From positions 1,260,001-1,292,000 of the forward strand of contig OY969425.1 in assembly GCA_963699255.1 (NCBI GenBank): a stretch of 32,000 bases of DNA, written 5' to 3'. Numbering within the stretch: position 1 is the first letter of the stretch; each line of letters starts with the position of its first letter. Shown here in pieces: positions 7,738-14,599 of the stretch. The notes beneath the pieces were generated by a model that worked only from the letters and a program-made list of their open reading frames with translations, was not told where the DNA came from and made no database searches. Origin of the DNA: an uncultured bacterium. Its GTDB lineage: Bacteria > Margulisbacteria > WOR-1 > CAVSGV01. The position numbers and the translations under genes were made by a program.

Positions 7738-7780
7738 CCCTCTATGCTAAGAAGGTGAGCCGGCATAGAGGGTTTTTGTG
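7738..7780 (+). terminator. Rho-independent terminator after hup
   Basis: CCCTCTATGC (7738-7747) pairs perfectly with GCATAGAGGG (7763-7772) and is followed by TTTTTGTG. Confidence 0.75.
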
Positions 7781-7898
7781 TTGATGTAGATTTATTCGTC
7801 ATTTGTCGCATATTCAAACACCTCCGGATACATTTCACTCCACTTTTAAGCTCCAATGCTTGCAGCAGGATGGCAATATAATTGCTGTTCATTCCATT

Positions 7899-8267
7899 AT
7901 GGGAAAAGAAAGTTCAACGCTTGGCAAAGAAGGCGAAGCTATAGCTGTTCAATTCCTGACCGAACTCGGCTATAAGATCCTCGACAGGAATTTCCGTTCA
8001 CAACAGGGTGAAGTTGACATTATCGCGAAAGACGGCGATCAACTTGTCTTTGTGGAAGTTAAAACCTATTCGATCGGAAGCTTTGGGACGCCGCTTGGAG
8101 CGGTGGGAAGATCAAAGAAGGAAAGCCTGATCCACGCAGCGCGCACATACCTGATGAAAAATAACATAAAGAACGTGAACTGCAGGTTTGATGTCCTTGC
8201 CATTTACAGGAGCTGGCAGGGGCTTTCAAATTTTGATCATATAAAGGACGCCTTCCATGTTAGTTAA
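7899..8267 (+). CDS. yraN: YraN-family (UPF0102) endonuclease-like protein
   Basis: GKEGEAIAVQFLTELGYKILDRNFRSQQGEVDIIAKDGDQLVFVEVKT matches the family. I take the ATG at 7899 as the start rather than the track start at 7803. Confidence 0.85.
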   Translation: MGKESSTLGKEGEAIAVQFLTELGYKILDRNFRSQQGEVDIIAKDGDQLVFVEVKTYSIGSFGTPLGAVGRSKKESLIHAARTYLMKNNIKNVNCRFDVLAIYRSWQGLSNFDHIKDAFHVS

Positions 8268-9783
8268 GGTGAACAGCGCGGCGATATCGGGACTGGACGG
8301 ATATATCGTTGAAGTTGAAGTGGATTCGATCAGGGGGCTTCCCGGTCAATCGATAGTCGGGCTTCCTGACGCGGCCGTCAAAGAGAGCCGCGACAGGGTC
8401 AAGTTCGCGATAACGAATTCCGGTTTTGAATTTCCCCCGGGATATTTCACCATAAACCTGGCCCCAGCCGACATAAGAAAAGAAGGGCCTCTCTACGACC
8501 TGCCGATAGCCATCGGCATGCTCGCGTCATCCGATCAGATAAAAAGAGACGCGCTCGGCGATACCGTCATAATCGGAGAGCTTTCCCTGGACGGGGGCCT
8601 GCGGTCCATTAACGGCGTTCTGCCGATGTGCATGTCCATCGCCGGGAACGGGATAAAAAGAGTTATCGTGCCGAAGGACAACGCGGATGAAGCCGCCCTT
8701 GTGTCGGAAGTTGACGTGATAGCCTGTGAAAACCTGCTTGAAGCGACAAAATACCTTAACGGGGAAAGCTCGATCAAGCCGCACAAGATAGATATCGGCG
8801 CTCTATTTTCATCAAGGGCTTCATATGAAATAGATTTTTCCGATGTGAAAGGCCAGGGGCACGCCAGGAGGGCGCTGGAGGTGGCGGCGGCCGGAGGACA
8901 TAACATCCTTATGGTCGGATCCCCCGGCTCCGGGAAAACAATGCTTGCAAGACGCCTGCCCACGATACTGCCTCCCCTCTCGATCAAGGAAGCGCTTGAG
9001 GTGACGAAGCTTTACAGCATAACGGGCCTTCTAAGCTCAAAAAGATCCCTTATCACCGAGAGGCCTTTCCGGTCGCCGCATCACACGACATCGGACATAG
9101 GGATAATCGGCGGAGGAAGGGTCCCCCGGCCCGGCGAAGTAAGCCTGGCGCACATGGGGATACTGTTCCTTGATGAATTCCCTGAATTTGAAAGGGACGT
9201 CCTGGAAGTTCTGCGCCAGCCGCTGGAGGACGGCGTTGTCACCATAGCCAGGGCTCTAAGCTCTGTCACTTACCCGGCGGAATTCATGTTCGTGGCGGCG
9301 ATGAATCCCTGCCCCTGCGGGAATTACATGGACCCGACAAAAACATGCACCTGCCCTCCGCACAAGGTCCAGCGCTACTGGGGAAAGCTGTCGGGGCCGC
9401 TCCTTGACAGGATCGATCTCCATGTTGAAGTCCCCAGGCTGAAAAAAGAAGAGCTCTCAAGCCATTCGCCCGGGGAGTCGTCGGAGGCCGTCCGCAAGCG
9501 CGTGTCTGCCGCCCGTGATATCCAGACCAGAAGGTTCAATGCCGCGCAGGTCCGCTGCAACGCTAGAATGCTTCCGAAGCACGTGAAAGAGTTCTGCAAG
9601 CTTGCTAATGAAGCTGAAGCCCTGCTTAAGTCAGCGATAATCCAGCTGAAGATGTCCGGAAGGGCTTACGACAGGATATTGAAAGTTTCCAGGACGATAG
9701 CCGATCTGGACGGCTCGGAAACGATAAAAGCAAATCACATAGCGGAAGCGATACAGTACAGGTCGCTGGACAGGGGAAAATAA
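8257..9783 (+). CDS. comM: ComM/YifB-family Mg-chelatase-like AAA+ ATPase
   Basis: MLVKVNSAAISGLDGYIVEVEVD is followed by Walker A (GSPGSGKTM), ILFLDEFPEF and a Zn-ribbon-like CPCG...CTC. The gene overlaps the yraN end by 11 nt. Confidence 0.9.
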   Translation: MLVKVNSAAISGLDGYIVEVEVDSIRGLPGQSIVGLPDAAVKESRDRVKFAITNSGFEFPPGYFTINLAPADIRKEGPLYDLPIAIGMLASSDQIKRDALGDTVIIGELSLDGGLRSINGVLPMCMSIAGNGIKRVIVPKDNADEAALVSEVDVIACENLLEATKYLNGESSIKPHKIDIGALFSSRASYEIDFSDVKGQGHARRALEVAAAGGHNILMVGSPGSGKTMLARRLPTILPPLSIKEALEVTKLYSITGLLSSKRSLITERPFRSPHHTTSDIGIIGGGRVPRPGEVSLAHMGILFLDEFPEFERDVLEVLRQPLEDGVVTIARALSSVTYPAEFMFVAAMNPCPCGNYMDPTKTCTCPPHKVQRYWGKLSGPLLDRIDLHVEVPRLKKEELSSHSPGESSEAVRKRVSAARDIQTRRFNAAQVRCNARMLPKHVKEFCKLANEAEALLKSAIIQLKMSGRAYDRILKVSRTIADLDGSETIKANHIAEAIQYRSLDRGK

Positions 9784-9882
9784 TCGAAGCTCGAAAAGGG
9801 ACTGCGAAGCTCGTCTGGATATTCGATGCAGGAATAGAGGCAGTGAAGCTTGACAAAATTCTGAAAGGAGGAAGCCGGTAAA

Positions 9883-10359
9883 ATGCAAAGAAAACCGATC
9901 AGAAGCTTTGGAGATCTAGAAGTATATCAGAATACATACGAGGCATCTCTGATCGTTATCAAAAAGATACTTCCGAATCTTCCAAAGGAAGAAAGGTTCG
10001 ATTTAATAGATCAACTTCGAAGATCCTCAAAGGCTGTCCCCAGGCTGATAGCCGAAGGTTATTCAAAAAAACATCATGTTAAGAACTTTAAAAAATATCT
10101 TGATGATGCGATTGGTGAAAGCAATGAAACGATAGTTTCTCTTTGCCATGTTCGCGATCTATACGGACAATCTGTTGACATAAAGTTGTGTGACCAGCTT
10201 ATCGACTTGTATGACAAATCAAGCCGGCAGATGTTCAACCTGGCCGTCACATGGAAGGATTTTGGTTACAGAAAAAATATCCAGCCTCTGGCTTCGACAT
10301 CGAGCTTCGAGACGAGTCTCGAAGCCGAGCCTCAAGCATCGTGTTTATCAAGGAGGTGA
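9883..10359 (+). CDS. Four-helix-bundle protein (23S rRNA intervening-sequence / Avd-type family) with a repeat-derived C-terminal tail
   Basis: FGDLEVYQNTYEASLIVIKKILPNLPKEERFDLIDQLRRSSKAVPRLIAEGYSKK is the family signature. The last ~30 aa (ASTSSFETSLEAEPQA...) are encoded by palindromic or repeat DNA. The stop lies inside the next gene's SD. Confidence 0.8.
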   Translation: MQRKPIRSFGDLEVYQNTYEASLIVIKKILPNLPKEERFDLIDQLRRSSKAVPRLIAEGYSKKHHVKNFKKYLDDAIGESNETIVSLCHVRDLYGQSVDIKLCDQLIDLYDKSSRQMFNLAVTWKDFGYRKNIQPLASTSSFETSLEAEPQASCLSRR

Positions 10360-10364
10360 TCCCT

Positions 10365-10496
10365 ATGTACAAAGTGATGTACCGGCTGCCCTTAAACCAG
10401 GTCAGGGAAATAGTGATAAGTGAAGATGAATTGAAAGCGTGGTTGAGCCGGGCCTATTTAAGGGAGAGGATCATTAGTTACGAGAAGATATCGTAA
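10365..10496 (+). CDS. 43-aa hypothetical micro-protein
   Basis: The ATG at 10365 lies 8 nt after the GGAGG core of AAGGAGGTGATCC (10350-10362). That 13-nt stretch matches the canonical anti-SD complement. A terminator-like hairpin follows. I recognise no homology in MYKVMYRLPLNQVREIVISEDELKAWLSRAYLRERIISYEKIS. Confidence 0.4.
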   Translation: MYKVMYRLPLNQVREIVISEDELKAWLSRAYLRERIISYEKIS

Positions 10497-10502
10497 TGGA
10501 AT

Positions 10503-10527
10503 GGGGTGCCATTTTGGCTCCCCTTTT
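10503..10527 (+). terminator. Possible weak intrinsic terminator
   Basis: GGGGTGCC (10503-10510) pairs with GGCTCCCC (10516-10523) at 7 of 8 positions and is followed by TTTT. Confidence 0.4.
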
Positions 10528-10570
10528 CCACAGGGTTATCAAATGAAGAAGGGACTAAGGAGGCGTATAA

Positions 10571-11137
10571 ATGAATAAATTGATCGGTATTCAAAATAAG
10601 ATATTTGAGATAAGAGGTCAGAAAGTGATGATCGATAAAGATATTGCGGAATTATATGATATTTCAACAAAAGCACTGAATCAGGCAGTAAAAAGGAACA
10701 TGGAGAGATTCCCGGCAGATTTTATGTTCCAGCTAGCGTACAACGAGATAATTGATATGGGGGCGATCAAGCAAAGAAAGGGATCAAGGTCACAAATTGT
10801 GACCTTGAAAAGAGGAAAAAACATCAAATATCTCCCATACGCTTTTACCCGGAACGGGGTTAATATGCTGGCCACGGTCCTAAGGTCCAGGATCGCGGTA
10901 CAGAGATCTATATTTATAATGCGGGCATTTTCAGCATTAGAAGAAGCTATCGGAAAAAGTAAACAACAACTTCTATCCAGTCCTAAAGCAATGAAACAGC
11001 TTTCGGTGCATTCAAAAGCTATAATGAGACTGTTCAAGGAAATTAACAATGATCATAAACAGATATCAATTTTGAAAAATCTGCAAACTGAGCTGGCAAA
11101 GCTGATCCAGAAGATAATTATTGCGTCAATAAAATAG
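10571..11137 (+). CDS. ORF6N (KilA-N-like) domain DNA-binding protein
   Basis: IRGQKVMIDKDIAELYDISTKALNQAVKRNMERFPADFMFQL...YLPYAFTRNGVNMLATVLRSRIAVQRSIFIMRAF matches the ORF6N pattern. The SD is TAAGGAGG. The gene looks AT-rich by eye. Confidence 0.8.
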   Translation: MNKLIGIQNKIFEIRGQKVMIDKDIAELYDISTKALNQAVKRNMERFPADFMFQLAYNEIIDMGAIKQRKGSRSQIVTLKRGKNIKYLPYAFTRNGVNMLATVLRSRIAVQRSIFIMRAFSALEEAIGKSKQQLLSSPKAMKQLSVHSKAIMRLFKEINNDHKQISILKNLQTELAKLIQKIIIASIK

Positions 11138-11239
11138 TGTTGTATTCATCCTCCCTTTCCCCTGACACTCGATTCCTCATCTCTCACTATCCCCTAGTCT
11201 CTGATCCCCAGTCCCCGAACCCTAATCCCTTCCTCTACT

Positions 11240-11267
11240 TTGCTTTCTCCTTCACTGAGAGTATAAT
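11240..11267 (+). promoter_or_regulatory. Sigma70-type promoter for the Lys-rich micro-ORF
   Basis: TTGCTT lies at 11240-11245 and a perfect TATAAT at 11262-11267, separated by a 16-nt spacer. Confidence 0.4.
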
Positions 11268-11289
11268 TATTCAACAAGGCGGTGATGTT

Positions 11290-11397
11290 ATGGGTAAAGG
11301 CGATAACAGGGACAAAAAAGAACAAAAAAAAGCGCCACAGAAAACGCTTAAAGAAAAGAGAGCCGAGAAGAGGGCGAAGAAGCAGGGCAATCAGTAG
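11290..11397 (+). CDS. 35-aa highly basic micro-protein (MGKGDNRDKKEQKKAPQKTLKEKRAEKRAKKQGNQ)
   Basis: The ATG at 11290 has its own promoter-like element upstream and a terminator downstream. The upstream part of track ORF 11137-11397 is a CT-rich non-coding tract. Coding status is unproven. Confidence 0.35.
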   Translation: MGKGDNRDKKEQKKAPQKTLKEKRAEKRAKKQGNQ

Positions 11398-11429
11398 AAC
11401 GGACCGGCAGTCCTATTCTTAACTAATGA

Positions 11430-11464
11430 CCGGGGCATCAATGAGTTTGGTGCCTCGGTTTTTT
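11430..11464. terminator. Bidirectional intrinsic terminator between convergent genes
   Basis: CCGGGGCA (11430-11437) pairs with TGCCTCGG (11451-11458), giving an 8-bp stem with one G-U pair. T6 follows at 11459-11464. The minus-strand gene ends at 11478. Confidence 0.6.
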
Positions 11465-11477
11465 ATGCTTGCCCGGA

Positions 11478-12803
11478 TCACGGATACTGATACGCTCCCA
11501 TTGAATTATGGCCTGACCTTGCCGTCCCTGCATAATCTTTGGATGGGGCACCTGATTTCGTTCCGCCATGGGTCACATCTGTCGTAGTACTTGCCGTCAG
11601 CATAAGATCTCTTGAGCTGCTATACGGCAATGAGGTTGCGGCAAATGCGGGATCAAAATCTACATTGTTCGTGCCGGGATATCCACCCTGGACGTCGCTA
11701 TAGTTAACATTACATCCGGCAATAATCTGAGGGTCGGTTAAAGCAATGTTGCCATACAAGATGCAGTTCGTAAGTTTTGTTTGTGAGTATCCATCTATCG
11801 CGCCGCTTCCTGAAGCAACGTTGCTTGATATCACCTCGTTGGACGCGAAAGTACAGTTGAATATTTTCAGGTCAAAACCATTATTTGGCTGACGTATCGC
11901 TCCGCCAAGCCCCTGACTTACTCCGGTATCCACCTTATTGTTAAAAAACAGACAATTGGTCATTGTTCCGCCGTAACTTACATATGCAGCTCCGCTATCT
12001 GCGTAACCGGCGCGCGTCACCTGATTGCCCGACAAAGAACAAGCCTCCAGGGTTATATTCGGCACATATATGGCGCCACCTACCTGAGCCGCAGAATTGT
12101 TTGAAAAATTGCAATTGCTCGCTGATAAATAGCCGCCTGAAGGAGGTGTTAACCCATGGACTAATAAAACGGCGCCGCCATATTGTCCCGTATTGCCTTC
12201 AAAGGTACAATTTTCTGCTAACACGTTATCATCTTGATAGGCACCATAGATCGCACCGCCACCATTGACGCCCCCCCCGGCGCTATTGTTGTTAGCCATT
12301 ACAACATTCTTAAGGTTGACGGTGATCCCATTCTGGTGAATATAAATGCCGCCGCCGCTGCCGGTACTGCTACCATTATTTATTGTAAGCGATTGTATTA
12401 TTATGGTCTGGTTGGTCGCGGCATCGGAAGGAATAGTAATGCATATGCCGGTCGCATCGCCGGAAATTATGGCCCCATCCGTGGATTCTCCGCTAATGCA
12501 GACGGACTCAAATGTGGACCAGGAGAGATGTTCTGCGTAAGTGCCGTCCACAACGCGTATAAGTGTTTTTGGTTTGGCAACGCTTAAAGCATAGTTAATA
12601 GTCTTGTATGCGTTCGCTGCATTTGTGCCTGTTCCGGTCTCATCGGATCCTGAATTTGAAACCCAGATATAATGGGCATATAAAGAACCGCCGCCGGTGC
12701 TGCCGCCTCCGCCCGTAGGATTTCCGCAGCCGGAAAGTATTATGGCGCCGGTTAAAACCGTTAATAGCGCGATCATTGAGACGAAAAGAATATTTGCTTT
12801 CAT
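11478..12803 (-). CDS. Lipoprotein with right-handed beta-helix built of PMP-type (GGAI / FxxN) repeats; probable surface adhesin or glycan-binding protein
   Basis: The signal peptide ends in the lipobox ILSGC, followed by a Gly-rich linker. Repeats follow: GGGIYI, GGGAIYG...NCTFEGN, GGAVLL...NCNFSNN, VGGAIYV, NCLFFNN...GGAIR, NCTFASN...GSGAI. These are typical of polymorphic-membrane-protein / pectate-lyase-fold repeats. Confidence 0.7.
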   Translation of the reverse strand: MKANILFVSMIALLTVLTGAIILSGCGNPTGGGGSTGGGSLYAHYIWVSNSGSDETGTGTNAANAYKTINYALSVAKPKTLIRVVDGTYAEHLSWSTFESVCISGESTDGAIISGDATGICITIPSDAATNQTIIIQSLTINNGSSTGSGGGIYIHQNGITVNLKNVVMANNNSAGGGVNGGGAIYGAYQDDNVLAENCTFEGNTGQYGGAVLLVHGLTPPSGGYLSASNCNFSNNSAAQVGGAIYVPNITLEACSLSGNQVTRAGYADSGAAYVSYGGTMTNCLFFNNKVDTGVSQGLGGAIRQPNNGFDLKIFNCTFASNEVISSNVASGSGAIDGYSQTKLTNCILYGNIALTDPQIIAGCNVNYSDVQGGYPGTNNVDFDPAFAATSLPYSSSRDLMLTASTTTDVTHGGTKSGAPSKDYAGTARSGHNSMGAYQYP

Positions 12804-12833
12804 TTTTCCTCCCTGAACGCTCGATTTTGCACT

Positions 12834-12861
12834 ATTATAGTATGCGCAGGTTTGCAGTCAA
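12834..12861 (-). promoter_or_regulatory. Near-consensus sigma70 promoter for the beta-helix lipoprotein gene
   Basis: On the minus strand TTGACT (12861-12856) and TATAAT (12839-12834) are separated by a 16-nt spacer. An AGGGAGGAAAA SD follows before the ATG at 12803. Confidence 0.55.
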
Positions 12862-12885
12862 TTGAATAAACAGGCCATATAATAT

Positions 12886-14037
12886 CTACTTCATTTCCAG
12901 TATCCAAAGGAACTCTTTTACCTTGATATTCCTGCCCTTCAAATTCCTTGAACCCCGATAGGTATTATACTCCTGCATCATAACGTCACATTTCCCATGC
13001 CGTTTCATGATCCTTTTCAGGTCCTCAAGGCCGATCAAACCTTCGTCATTATATGAAAGAAGGATATATTTGGCCCTCGTATTTGCTATCAGGTCATCCA
13101 AGGCGGCTTCGGCCTGTTTAGCTTTATTATATGAAGACCTGTTCCATTCTTGCGCTATCCCGCTTACCCCGTCCTGGATATCAATTTCTTTTGATCCGCC
13201 GGCGATAATATTGAGCATGAAGTAATTCGAGCCGTAAGGATGCTGGTTGTATGGGGGATCGAAATACGCCAGGTCGATCTCTTTTGGCATATCCTTTGAC
13301 TTCACCAGATCATTTATGTCGAGCCTGAAGACCCGCACATCACATTCAACATCACTGAATATTGGAGTGTTCAGCTCGATCTCTTTCTTTATCCTTGTAA
13401 GCGCATTCTCCCCCTGCCCCCCAAACCACCCGATGCCGCCTTTTTTATGGAATCCCTTGAAAACACCGGAGGTGTTCGTGTGGATCGACGCTTCCACTAT
13501 CAGTGGCGCGAGGAAAAAATGCCTTTTGCCGCTGTCTATGGAAGTATTTATCAGCCTCTTCAGGTTGTCAATTATCTTCGCGTTCCTGTTCGTGTAAAAG
13601 ACTCGTTCTCCCGGCTTGATGTTGTTATCGTTTTTTGGCGCATAGTTCTTCTCGATAAAGCCGGGTTTTTTAATTTTAGCTTTCAATTTGTGTTCATTAA
13701 GCCACTCCATCCGGTCATTGATGTAGTCGATATCGATCTGTGACCGGTTCGCCAGATAACATTTATTGATCACTTCACAATATAGCTCAAGGTCATTTAC
13801 GAATAATTTGCTTGAATGATACTTGAGCAACCTGGAAACAGCGCCGCTCCCGGAAAAACCGTCGAATGTAACAAGTTTTTCTTTCCCGAGTTTCTTTTTT
13901 ACGGCTTCTATCCCATTGTTTATGAAGGGCAGCAAACTCCGCTTGTTGCCGATATAAGTGATAAGTTGTGTTGTAAAATATGGGTCGGATAGGTCAATGA
14001 TTTCCGGGATCGCAGCATCGACAAATTTCGTTTTCAT
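12886..14037 (-). CDS. Orphan N6-adenine DNA methyltransferase, D12 (Dam / T4 Dam-like) class
   Basis: YIGNKRSLLPFI resembles T4 Dam YTGNKQSLLPEL. Motif I is FDGFSGSGAV, motif IV is FDPPYNQHPY, and LLSYNDEG lies near the C-terminus. No restriction endonuclease candidate lies next to it. The gene looks AT-rich by eye. Confidence 0.85.
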   Translation of the reverse strand: MKTKFVDAAIPEIIDLSDPYFTTQLITYIGNKRSLLPFINNGIEAVKKKLGKEKLVTFDGFSGSGAVSRLLKYHSSKLFVNDLELYCEVINKCYLANRSQIDIDYINDRMEWLNEHKLKAKIKKPGFIEKNYAPKNDNNIKPGERVFYTNRNAKIIDNLKRLINTSIDSGKRHFFLAPLIVEASIHTNTSGVFKGFHKKGGIGWFGGQGENALTRIKKEIELNTPIFSDVECDVRVFRLDINDLVKSKDMPKEIDLAYFDPPYNQHPYGSNYFMLNIIAGGSKEIDIQDGVSGIAQEWNRSSYNKAKQAEAALDDLIANTRAKYILLSYNDEGLIGLEDLKRIMKRHGKCDVMMQEYNTYRGSRNLKGRNIKVKEFLWILEMK

Positions 14038-14047
14038 ATAAATTTCC

Positions 14048-14599
14048 CTATAAGATCTTGAACTCGAATGTTTTGAACGGGAGGATATTGAACTTAACCC
14101 TCAAGACCGACCTGCCGCTTCCGGAATATCCGACCGAATATATGATGTTCTTCCCGCTCTCTCTGACGATCTTATAACTGCCGCCGCCGAATTGGATAAC
14201 TGCGCCTTTCGCGGTATTCAATAACCAGGCGGAATCGTCCGCCGGCGAGTGAGGGTTGTCGGTGAACCAGTTGAGATTGGCCGAGATCATCGCTTTCCCG
14301 TCCTCGATACCTGCTTCCGCCAGATAAAATGCTTTCTCCTTCTGGACATAAAGGTCCACCATGCTCCTCTCGGAGAAAACTATCTTCACGAATATCGCCC
14401 CCGCGACCATAAGCGCCGATATCATGAGCAGAACGATGACCAGAGCCTGGCCTTTTGAGCCTGCCCTGAGCGGAGTCGAAGGGCCTCCCCTGAGCGAAGT
14501 CGAAGGGCCTCCCCTGAGCGGAGTCGAAGGGCTAATTCCTCGCATAAACATCCAGATAATAATCTCCTCCATACTTCGGCGTGATATCGATCCTGACAA
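14048..14599 (-). CDS. GspK/PilX-like minor pseudopilin (start uncertain: TTG 14599, ATG 14572, 14551 or 14545)
   Basis: SKGQALVIVLLMISALMVAGAIF...KAFYLAEAGIEDGKAMI matches the PilX-N / GspK N-terminal pattern (G-x-ALxxxLL ... AEAG). The leader contains three 8-aa repeats (PSTPLRGG / PSTSLRGG / PSTPLRAG). Confidence 0.6.
   Translation of the reverse strand: MSGSISRRSMEEIIIWMFMRGISPSTPLRGGPSTSLRGGPSTPLRAGSKGQALVIVLLMISALMVAGAIFVKIVFSERSMVDLYVQKEKAFYLAEAGIEDGKAMISANLNWFTDNPHSPADDSAWLLNTAKGAVIQFGGGSYKIVRESGKNIIYSVGYSGSGRSVLRVKFNILPFKTFEFKIL
14464..14534. repeat. 24-nt tandem repeat, 2.9 copies (CCCTGAGCGRAGTCGAAGGGCCTC)
   Basis: The units span 14464-14487, 14488-14511 and 14512-14534. The first two differ at one position (G/A). 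The repeat is in frame within the GspK-like leader and abuts the stop of the upstream gene. Confidence 0.9.

Noticed and set aside
10251-10364. The upstream part of track ORF 10251-10496, overlapping the four-helix-bundle gene.
   Set aside because: It overlaps the tail of the upstream gene in another frame. The strong SD sits just before the internal ATG at 10365, so only the 43-codon version is plausible.
11290-11397. Identifying the 35-aa basic micro-protein as ribosomal protein bTHX because of its MGKGD N-terminus.
   Set aside because: Only the first five residues resemble what I remember of Thx. The rest (Lys/Glu/Gln-rich, with no Arg/Trp/Tyr pattern) does not. That is too little to call.
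9883-12803. A diversity-generating retroelement. The idea arose because the four-helix-bundle protein is Avd-like and a surface beta-helix protein lies nearby.
   Set aside because: I found no reverse transcriptase ORF in the window. I also saw no template/variable repeat pair with adenine-specific differences.
12886-14037. A restriction-modification system centred on the Dam-like methyltransferase.
   Set aside because: Both neighbours are accounted for (a GspK-like pseudopilin and a beta-helix lipoprotein). No endonuclease-like ORF is present, so I treat it as an orphan MTase.
14464-14534. A CRISPR array or other spacer-containing repeat.
   Set aside because: The 24-nt units are directly adjacent with no spacers and there are only about 3 copies. 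The array lies inside a coding frame, and no cas genes are present in the window.
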